The notes beneath the pieces were generated by a model. That model had not been told where the DNA came from and made no database searches. It was given only the letters and a program-made list of their open reading frames with translations. 24,701 nucleotides of DNA from a virus (Duplodnaviria; Caudoviricetes): positions 1 through 24,701 of the IMG/VR virus record IMGVR_UViG_3300033067_001926, one strand, 5' to 3'. The translations under genes were made by a program, and so were the position numbers. Shown here in pieces: positions 1 to 7,423 of this stretch. Position 1 is the stretch's first letter. Every line of letters begins with the position of its first letter.

Positions 1-5
1 GCGCG

Positions 6-1826
6 ATGGCCGACCGCGACAGCTACCGCGAAGCCCTGCTCGCTGCTGGCATGTCCACGGACGATCCGGAGCCGATCAAGTGGGCCATGGCGCGTGCGCA
101 GGAGTGCTCGGACAATGAGGCCATCGTGCGCATGCTGGGCATCACTGCGTGGGTGGCCCCTGTGATGGATCCCGACCCGGTGGCGACGCTGGTCGAGCTC
201 TTCCAGGCCTCCATGCCGCCCGGCCTCATGCTCGGGGCCAACCGCGAGAACCCGGCCGCGGTCGTCTGGTCGTGGCAGACGGACGTCTGCGGGCTGGGCT
301 TCGCCACCCCACTGCTGGCGCTCGAGGACGCGTGGATCCGGCACTGCGCGCTCGTGGAGGCCAAGGCCCGCAAGGAGGCCGACCGAGCCGCCGCCGACCA
401 GCACAGCACGCTTCACAAGGCGCTCGTCACCATCGGCATGCCGGACGGCTGCAAGGACCCGCAGCGCTGGGCCGATGTCCATCTCGACGGCTGGAAGACC
501 ATGCAGTCGTCGCTCGCCAGTCTCGGGGTCAACCTGTACGAGGTCTCGGGCAGCGACGTCGCCAACCTCATGGAGCTCGAGCTCATGTGCGACGAGCGGT
601 GCGAACGGATGGGCGCCCCGGTGCTGGCCCGCACCAGCCAGCATCCCGAGCTCGGCCAGATGGTGACTGTGACGATTCCGCTGGGGTTCAGTCGGGCCCG
701 CAAGGAGTCCGCCCACGCGGTTGGCTTCGACCAGCGCGATCCAGTCAACGCCACCGTCGACAGCCTGATCGGCGACACGTGGGACCTGCAAGCCATGGGC
801 GGGACCCGGGCCGACGCGGTGAAGTGGTGGGAGACCCTCGCCAGCCGCTGGGTCACCATCTCTGCCGTCCTCGGGATCCCAGTCAGCAAGGACCCGCCGA
901 TCGCCATCGAGCACTTCGTCAGCGGGTACAGCGACAACATCCGCAAGGCGATCCGCGAACGCTCGGCCGGCGTCTGCATCGGTCAGGCGCTGGCGGGAAT
1001 GGCCGTCGACCTCGCCAAGGCCCGCGGCGCGCTGCAGAAGCTGGGGATGCCGGCGGACTGCAAGGACCCGGAGGCATGGGCGGGGCAGGCCTTGCGGGCG
1101 CGCACTGACGCCAACATGTCGACGACCGCGACCTGCTGCACGCACACGCCCGCCAGCATCGCCGAGAGGTTCCCGGAGGCCGCGCACATCGTGGTCGTGG
1201 ATCCGCGCGCTCGGGTCTTCGGCGGGGCGCAGGACGACAAGCGCGTCATCATCGTGAACAGCGACATCGGCCACAGCGAGGCGCAGGACCGGGCCGACGT
1301 CGTGGTCGTGGTCCGTTCGGACGGTACGCTGTTCGTGCGGAAGAACCGGCACGGGCTCGTCGGAGAGATCGAGCCGGGCCCCGTGTCGCATCCGCGGGCG
1401 TACATGGGCATCGACCTCGCCAAGGACGGCGCCAGCGACAGCACGGTCGTGACCTTCGCGGCGGTCAACGAGGACCACATCGGCGAGACGGCCCGCACGG
1501 TCTCCGCCGCCATCGAAGGGCCCGTCCCCGCCAAGATCACCGGCTGGACCGGCATCACGTGGACCAGCCGCAAGGGCAAGGCGAAGAGCTTCAGCATCCC
1601 GGGCATGGTCCTCGCGTCACACACCGCAGAGGGGACGTCCGGCCCATTTACGTCCGTCGACATCCCCGAGGGTGTCGCGCATCTTCCGATGGACCTCCTC
1701 CGGAGGGTCCGGTACGGAGGGCTGCTGACCTTCCACATGGGGGATCTGAAGCGTACCGGCATCATCTCCGGGGTGGACCGCGCCACCCGGTATGACCGGC
1801 TCCGCATCGAGATCGCCGAGTCCTGA
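6..1826 (+). CDS. Hypothetical 606-aa phage protein with three internal GMxxxxx[D/E]PxxWA repeats and short DnaB-like and terminase-like motifs
   Basis: Long ORF with GC3-rich codons directly upstream of the portal. True start could lie before the window. Confidence 0.75.
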   Translation: MADRDSYREALLAAGMSTDDPEPIKWAMARAQECSDNEAIVRMLGITAWVAPVMDPDPVATLVELFQASMPPGLMLGANRENPAAVVWSWQTDVCGLGFATPLLALEDAWIRHCALVEAKARKEADRAAADQHSTLHKALVTIGMPDGCKDPQRWADVHLDGWKTMQSSLASLGVNLYEVSGSDVANLMELELMCDERCERMGAPVLARTSQHPELGQMVTVTIPLGFSRARKESAHAVGFDQRDPVNATVDSLIGDTWDLQAMGGTRADAVKWWETLASRWVTISAVLGIPVSKDPPIAIEHFVSGYSDNIRKAIRERSAGVCIGQALAGMAVDLAKARGALQKLGMPADCKDPEAWAGQALRARTDANMSTTATCCTHTPASIAERFPEAAHIVVVDPRARVFGGAQDDKRVIIVNSDIGHSEAQDRADVVVVVRSDGTLFVRKNRHGLVGEIEPGPVSHPRAYMGIDLAKDGASDSTVVTFAAVNEDHIGETARTVSAAIEGPVPAKITGWTGITWTSRKGKAKSFSIPGMVLASHTAEGTSGPFTSVDIPEGVAHLPMDLLRRVRYGGLLTFHMGDLKRTGIISGVDRATRYDRLRIEIAES

Positions 1827-1832
1827 TACAGT
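1824..1832 (+). promoter_or_regulatory. Extended -10-like element TGATACAGT, 8 nt before portal ATG
   Basis: TG-n-TACAGT; CTGATACAGTC recurs exactly at 9311-9321; no SD before 1841. Confidence 0.55.
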
Positions 1833-1840
1833 CGCGGCCG

Positions 1841-3598
1841 ATGGCCGCCGACACCATGACCGACGCGCCCGACTCGGAGACCACCGGGTCGGGCGTCCGC
1901 GTTCTCGACTACAGCAACGACCCCCGCACCCGGGCCCTGCTCGCGCTCAAGTCCTTCTGGGAGGGCACGCAGCACGACCACTGCCCGGCGAACTGGGACG
2001 GGTCGCCGCGGACCGACCCCACCGGGTACCTCGTCGACCGCTTCTCGGTGTCGGCCTACACCAGCACGAACCTCAACGCGGACGCGTGGTCGTACGCCGC
2101 CCGCCGGCCGAACGCCTCCGCGCCGATGCAGATCAGCATCACGTCGGCCTTCACCGCGGCCCTGCTCGGTCGTCAAGCCGGCTTCGCCACCCCCAGCGAC
2201 CCGCGGACCGCCAAGTACCTGAAAGCCTGCGCCGAGCAGGGCGACCTCTGGGCCGTGCTCACCGAGGCCAGGAACTACGCCGGCACCCAGAGCGCCTCGT
2301 CGGTCGTCCTCTCGGTCATCAACGGCGAAATCTCGTTCGATGCGTACTGGGCCGACGAGATGCACGTGCTCGAGTGGGCCGACGCCGCCGGGTGGAAGCC
2401 GCTCCGGGCGCTGTGGCAGACCCGCATCGGCGTCGAGCAGGACCCCGACGAGGACGGCTGTGTCGCGTCCAAGACGATGGTCCGGACCAAAATGTGGGAC
2501 GAGCAGTTCGTCTACCTGTTCGATGACGTGCCCGAGGATTTCGAGGGCGACATCCCGATCGTCGATCGCATCCCGCACAAGATGGGCCGCTGCCCGGTCT
2601 TCTGGCTGCAGAACACCCGCAACTCCCGCGAGCCCGAAGGCACCTACGATCTGCGCTCCCCGCAGATCCTCGAGCTCTGCGACCAGCTCGACAGGGTCCA
2701 GTCCTTCGGGGTGCTGGCGACCAAGGCCAACGCCTCGCCGACGCTGTACCGCAAGGACCACATGCACTGGCTGCAGCGGGGCGGACCCGTCCGCAAGGGC
2801 CACGGCGCCGAGATCACGGGCACCCCGGACGGGGACGTGAAGCTCATCGAGTCGTCCGGCGAGGGCGTGGTCAACAGCTGGACGACCGCCCGGGCCATGC
2901 GGCTCCAGATCATGCAGGCGACGAACTGCGTACTGCCAGACCCCGAGTGGGCCGTCTCCAACATCGCCGTGGAGACCTTTCTGATGCTGTTCCGGGCGAT
3001 GGACAGCCAGTGCGACATCCTGCAGGTGCCGCTCACCCGCTGCATCCTCGAGATCTGCGACACGCTGATCACCCTCGGGAAGTCGATGCCGATCCTCGAC
3101 AAGGAGAAGGCCCCCGCCGGCGCGAAGGGACTCCGGCTCCCGCCCTGTGTCGAGGTGACCGAGCCGACCGACGATGACGACGTGGATGCGGAGCCGACCG
3201 TGAAGACGGCGCCGTACGAGGTCGGCGACGCCCGGTACGTGGAGGTCATCTGGCCGCCCCGGCAGCTGCTGTCGCCGACCCAGCTTGCCGCCTATGTCGG
3301 AGCCCTCGGATCGGCGGTCATGCAGAAGCTGCTGTCCGAGGAGAGCGCCGTGGAGGACTTGGCGAGCGCGCGGGGGCGGGACCCGGCCGTCGAGAAGCGC
3401 CGGCTCCGGGCCGCCAAGGCCAAGGCCAAGGCGGAGCTCCTGGAGAGCGGGCTGGTCCCCGGCGGCGCCCCCGGGGACCAGCAGATGGCCGACGAGGAGA
3501 CGGACGACTCGGACGGCGACGGGATGATCGGCGAGGGCGGACCGAACCAGCGGCCGGCGGTGAAGAAACCCGCCGACAAGGCGTCCGAGCAGGCATGA
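1841..3598 (+). CDS. Phage portal protein
   Basis: 585 aa, upstream of MuF/scaffold/capsid. PHKMGRCPVFWLQN resembles the SPP1-gp6-type H.LG.VPV segment; 'LLSEESAVEDL' C-terminal helix and acidic tail are typical of portals. Confidence 0.8.
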   Translation: MAADTMTDAPDSETTGSGVRVLDYSNDPRTRALLALKSFWEGTQHDHCPANWDGSPRTDPTGYLVDRFSVSAYTSTNLNADAWSYAARRPNASAPMQISITSAFTAALLGRQAGFATPSDPRTAKYLKACAEQGDLWAVLTEARNYAGTQSASSVVLSVINGEISFDAYWADEMHVLEWADAAGWKPLRALWQTRIGVEQDPDEDGCVASKTMVRTKMWDEQFVYLFDDVPEDFEGDIPIVDRIPHKMGRCPVFWLQNTRNSREPEGTYDLRSPQILELCDQLDRVQSFGVLATKANASPTLYRKDHMHWLQRGGPVRKGHGAEITGTPDGDVKLIESSGEGVVNSWTTARAMRLQIMQATNCVLPDPEWAVSNIAVETFLMLFRAMDSQCDILQVPLTRCILEICDTLITLGKSMPILDKEKAPAGAKGLRLPPCVEVTEPTDDDDVDAEPTVKTAPYEVGDARYVEVIWPPRQLLSPTQLAAYVGALGSAVMQKLLSEESAVEDLASARGRDPAVEKRRLRAAKAKAKAELLESGLVPGGAPGDQQMADEETDDSDGDGMIGEGGPNQRPAVKKPADKASEQA

Positions 3599-3705
3599 GC
3601 AGCTACCTGGACATCATCCCGCGATGGGCCCGGCGCATGATGGAGATCGAGGCCGAGGACAGCCGGGTCGTGGCTGTCATGGCCTGCTACGGCATGAGCA
3701 TTTAG
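3595..3705 (+). CDS. Small ORF, 36 aa (MSSYLDIIPRWARRMMEIEAEDSRVVAVMACYGMSI), possibly truncated by a nonsense change
   Basis: ATGA overlap with the portal stop; GC3-rich codons; not in the supplied ORF track. Confidence 0.5.
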   Translation: MSSYLDIIPRWARRMMEIEAEDSRVVAVMACYGMSI

Positions 3706-3807
3706 GACGGTCTCCGCTACGCCCGCGAGGCCCGGATCTGCGTGGGCTTCGAGCAGGCCAGCCGCGGAGGGCCGCCCGTTCCTGCTCCCGTGGCGGGGCC
3801 CGCCGGT

Positions 3808-4212
3808 CTAGCTCTTCGGCGAGATGCTGCACGCAGACGCGTGGAAGACGAAGGAGCCCTCGACGCGACGCTTCCTGGCTTCGACGGAGAGACTCACCAT
3901 TTCGGCCTTGTGGAACGGCCCGATGACTACGGTCCGCGATTCCCCGTTGGAAAAAAGCATCGTGAGCGAGGCCATCACCTTGCCTGCGGTCCGCGCCTGC
4001 ACAGCACGCACGAGGTCGATCCACGCTGGGGATCCATCGTGATGCGCGGTGATGGCGAGGGTGGCCGGCTCGACGGTCACGGTGCACGACTTGATCAGGT
4101 CCAAACCATCGATGAGTGCGCCATCCTTGGTGAATACGATGTGCACGTCTTGGCCCGTGAGAGGGCTTGGATCTGCAGCTTCGCTGGTGTCGGTTTCGAG
4201 GTCGTCCTGCAT
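3808..4212 (-). CDS. Hypothetical protein, 134 aa (opposite-strand accessory gene)
   Basis: Protein-like composition; TGATACGGT 6 nt upstream of the ATG on the minus strand. Confidence 0.65.
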   Translation of the reverse strand: MQDDLETDTSEAADPSPLTGQDVHIVFTKDGALIDGLDLIKSCTVTVEPATLAITAHHDGSPAWIDLVRAVQARTAGKVMASLTMLFSNGESRTVVIGPFHKAEMVSLSVEARKRRVEGSFVFHASACSISPKS

Positions 4213-4234
4213 GGCCGGACCGTATCACGTGGGT

Positions 4235-4263
4235 TCGACTCCCGCCCCGTCCTTCGGTAGCCT
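4235..4263 (+). promoter_or_regulatory. Sigma70-like promoter TCGACT-N17-TAGCCT, 6 nt before ATG 4270
   Basis: 17-nt spacing; GTAGCCTCCCTGCATGC repeated exactly at 22966-22982. Confidence 0.55.
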
Positions 4264-4269
4264 CCCTGC

Positions 4270-4587
4270 ATGCTCCTCGCGGCCCTGTACCGCCTCATCC
4301 TCGAGATGCGCGCCAGCGCGGCGACGTCGCCTTTCATCATCCGCACCCAGGCGTCCCTGCTGGCGACCGGCCTGCGCAGGGCCGACCTGCTGTACCCGCG
4401 GATCGCCCCGAACATCCGGGCCGATGACGCCGGCGCCCGGACCATCCTCGACGTCGCCGCGAAGGCCATCGTCAGCGTCAGCACCTTCACCGATGCGTGG
4501 GAGGACGAGGCGCCACCCTACACGCTGTCGGCCGCCATCCTCGGCTTCCTGGACAATGCCATGACGGCGCCGCCGACCCCGGGTTGA
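4270..4587 (+). CDS. Hypothetical protein, 105 aa
   Basis: GC3-rich codons; stop overlaps the TTG of the next gene (TTGA). Confidence 0.7.
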   Translation: MLLAALYRLILEMRASAATSPFIIRTQASLLATGLRRADLLYPRIAPNIRADDAGARTILDVAAKAIVSVSTFTDAWEDEAPPYTLSAAILGFLDNAMTAPPTPG

Positions 4588-6089
4588 CCGTGACCATCGG
4601 CGTCGACCAGATCGTGGCGGCCCAGCACCGCGACATCGAGCAGGCCCAGCGCCTGCTCTCCCGCCGCGCGGTGAAGACGACCGAGGACGCGCTGGCCCGG
4701 GTTGACCGCCAGCTCCGGCGAGCACCGGCCGGGTCGTGGTCCGAGGCACAGGCCCGGGCGACCAAGGCCCAGCTGCGCACCGCCCTGATGACGCTCGCGC
4801 TGGCCCATCAGCAGGACCTCGCCGCCGGCCTCCCGCCCGTCATGCGCAAGTCGCAGGAGCGCACCGCGGACTACCTGCGCACGCTGGACAAGCAGTACCT
4901 CGGGGCCGTCCGGCCGCTCCGCTTCGACACCCTGCAGTGGTGGGAGCGGCACTCGGCCGAGCTCGGGCAGGTCCGCCTCCGGCAGTTCGGCCGGTCGTTC
5001 CAGCGGTACGGCGCCGCCTCGGTCCTCGCCGTCGAGCAGGCGATCTCCGCCGCGGTCGTGGTCGGCGAGCGCTGGGATGTCGCCCGGCGCGAGGTCTGGA
5101 AGGCCACGGCGCGGGTGGTCGGCGAGCGCCAGTGGATGGTCGACCGCATCCTCCGGACCGAGGTCTCGGCGGCCTACAACGGGACCAACCTCGCCGCCCT
5201 GCTCAAGGAGGACGACCCCGAGGCGCCCATGCTCAAGAAGCTCGTCGCCACCTTCGACAAGGTGACCGGGTGGGACTCGATCGGCGTCCACGGCCAGACC
5301 AAGCCGGTCCGCGAGCCCTTCTGCGACGGCAAGGGCCGGCTGTACATGGCGCCCCCGAACCGCCCGCACGACCGCGAGATCGTGGTGGGGTGGCGGTCCT
5401 CGTGGGGCGAGTCCCTGCCGAACTTCGACCAGAAGACCGCGCAGGCCGATCCGCGCTTCCTGGAGGCCCCTGCGGACATGCTCCCGCCCGCGCCACCCCT
5501 CAAGATCGAGAAGCCGCGCGCACCCCCCAAGTCCGGATCGCCTGGAAGCCGTTTCCCGCCCGAGAAAGTCTTATTGCAGACCAGAATCGGCCCCCAGCAA
5601 GCATCCCCGCAGAGGGCCCTTCTCGCGGCCCTGACAGCCCGCCGCCTCGTCGTCGCATCCCAGCTGCGCGCGGCCATCACCGCCTCGAAGCTCCGACCCT
5701 CCCTCGTCACCGCCGAGAGGCCCGCCGAGAGGCCCGCCGTGGATCCGCTGGCCGGGCAGGTCGACCGCCTCAAGACCGAGTATCGAGACCTGCGCATCCG
5801 CCAAGCCCTCGCTGCCACCGGCGTGCGGGCAGCCGAGGGCGACGTCGTTGCGCAGCGGGACATCAAGCCGGGCAACTATCTCGACTTCGGCGGCATCGTT
5901 TTCCAGGTCGTGCGCAGCGATGCGACAGGGATTCGCGTGCGCACTCCGTACGGCGTGGCCATGCTGCCCGCAGGTCCGGTGCCGGCGACGGTGCGGACGA
6001 AGAAGCCGGACAAGGTCCTGCGCCCGCGGTCCCTGCTCGATGTCAGGGCGCTCGTCGGGATCGTCGCGGCCAGACGTGCCGCTGCGTAG
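4584..6089 (+). CDS. Head morphogenesis / minor capsid protein (MuF, SPP1 gp7-like) with C-terminal extension
   Basis: RILRTEVSAAYN matches the MuF-type RIxRTE motif; PPNRPHDRE sits where PPxHPNCRC normally is; position after portal. Start TTG 4584 or GTG 4590 rather than 4497. Confidence 0.8.
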   Translation: MTVTIGVDQIVAAQHRDIEQAQRLLSRRAVKTTEDALARVDRQLRRAPAGSWSEAQARATKAQLRTALMTLALAHQQDLAAGLPPVMRKSQERTADYLRTLDKQYLGAVRPLRFDTLQWWERHSAELGQVRLRQFGRSFQRYGAASVLAVEQAISAAVVVGERWDVARREVWKATARVVGERQWMVDRILRTEVSAAYNGTNLAALLKEDDPEAPMLKKLVATFDKVTGWDSIGVHGQTKPVREPFCDGKGRLYMAPPNRPHDREIVVGWRSSWGESLPNFDQKTAQADPRFLEAPADMLPPAPPLKIEKPRAPPKSGSPGSRFPPEKVLLQTRIGPQQASPQRALLAALTARRLVVASQLRAAITASKLRPSLVTAERPAERPAVDPLAGQVDRLKTEYRDLRIRQALAATGVRAAEGDVVAQRDIKPGNYLDFGGIVFQVVRSDATGIRVRTPYGVAMLPAGPVPATVRTKKPDKVLRPRSLLDVRALVGIVAARRAAA

Positions 6090-6210
6090 TCGGCCAGCAT
6101 CAAGGGCATGGCGCGTGCCCACCCGCGGTGTGGACAGGAGCTTTTAGAAGCCCAAAGGGCCGGGGGCCAGCGTTCCCGCAGGCTGGGGGCCTCGTTACTC
6201 TTGCGACCAC

Positions 6211-6633
6211 GTGAGCGGTGAGTTGACCATCAAGCTCGAGGCGACCCTCGAAGTGCTTTACGGGCAGTGCGGATGCCCTCCGGGGCTCGGGACACCGAGC
6301 TCGGGGCCGACGTTCGCGCTCGCCTTGCAGGCCGCGAACATGTCGTCCAAGGGCGGCGTGCCGACCAACATGGGGCAGGTGTTCACGGACGACAACGCGT
6401 TCGTGGCCCTGCCGCTGCAAGAGGACTGGCAGTCGAAGGTGGTCGGCCTGTTCCCGGTCAACGACCCGACGCCAGCGTACACCGTGCGCCTCACCTACGA
6501 GGACACGACGACCGCGACGCTCCCCCTCAAGGGCCTGCTTCTGCTCGAGGCGAGCCCCGACAACCTGATCACCGAGGTGGCCGTAAAGGGGTCGGTCACT
6601 CTCGGATGGCTCGTGCTGGGCCAGGTGCCGTGA
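6211..6633 (+). CDS. Hypothetical, probably beta-rich virion protein, 140 aa
   Basis: GTG start 9 nt after TACTCT (6196-6201); stop overlaps scaffold ATG (TGATG). Confidence 0.7.
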   Translation: MSGELTIKLEATLEVLYGQCGCPPGLGTPSSGPTFALALQAANMSSKGGVPTNMGQVFTDDNAFVALPLQEDWQSKVVGLFPVNDPTPAYTVRLTYEDTTTATLPLKGLLLLEASPDNLITEVAVKGSVTLGWLVLGQVP

Positions 6634-7394
6634 TGAAGATCGAAGCGAAAGAGACCGAAGCGAAGGACGAGACCGAGGACAAGGGCGGCGAGGCCGCCAA
6701 GCCCGCGGCGAAGAAGGCCGACGAGGCCAAGTCCGGCGAGACCGAGGACGGGGGCGACGAGGAGGCCGACGAGGAAGAGGCCAAACCCGAGGCGAAGAAG
6801 CCCGAGGCCCGCCGCTCCGCCAAGGTCGACCCCGAGGACCCGGCGGTCAAGAAGCTCCTCGAGAAGGCCCGCAAGGAGGAGGCCGCCCGCGTCCGCAAGG
6901 AGGCCAAGGAGGAGGCCGAGCAGAAGGCCAAGGACGCGAAGCTGTCCGAGGACGAGCGCCTGCGCAAGGAGGCCAAGGAGGCGGAGGCGAAGCGCACCGA
7001 GGCCGAGCAGAAGCTGGCGCTCGCCGAGTCCCGCGAGGCGCTCCGCGACGCCATGGACGACCTCGAGGTGAAGCCCGCCGGCGGCAAGGCCCGCGCGACC
7101 ATCGTCGCCGAGTTCGTCGAGGCGCGCGCCAAGAACCCGGACGCGGACCCGGCCGAACTGATCGCCGCGCTCCGCAAGTCGGACGCCTACCTGTTCGTGT
7201 CGACCAAGGCGGCCCCGGCCAAGACCGAGGACGCGGAGGACAAGCCCTCCAAGACCGACACCCGCGGCGGCAAGACCACGACATCCGCCAAGAACACCGA
7301 GCGCAAGGACGACAACGTCATCGCGCTCGACGAGAACGACCCCCGGAAGATCCGCGCCAACCTCGCTGCGAGCGGCGTGAAACTGTCCTCCTGA
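6633..7394 (+). CDS. Capsid scaffolding protein, about 253 aa
   Basis: E/K/A-rich, coiled-coil-like, immediately upstream of the major capsid gene; start MKIEAKETE coupled to the upstream stop. Confidence 0.8.
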   Translation: MKIEAKETEAKDETEDKGGEAAKPAAKKADEAKSGETEDGGDEEADEEEAKPEAKKPEARRSAKVDPEDPAVKKLLEKARKEEAARVRKEAKEEAEQKAKDAKLSEDERLRKEAKEAEAKRTEAEQKLALAESREALRDAMDDLEVKPAGGKARATIVAEFVEARAKNPDADPAELIAALRKSDAYLFVSTKAAPAKTEDAEDKPSKTDTRGGKTTTSAKNTERKDDNVIALDENDPRKIRANLAASGVKLSS

Positions 7395-7423
7395 CCATCG
7401 CACCCCTGAGCTGAGACGACGCC

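Noticed and set aside
6-1826. Calling the first ORF the large terminase
   Set aside because: Position and one short motif fit, but no Walker A/B ATPase domain is visible.
4200-4260. Complete tRNA gene
   Set aside because: Only a T-arm-like element; no acceptor pairing, D arm, anticodon arm or CCA.
6633-7300. Repetitive GAG/AAG/GCC sequence as a DNA repeat array
   Set aside because: Explained by the E/K/A low-complexity scaffold protein.
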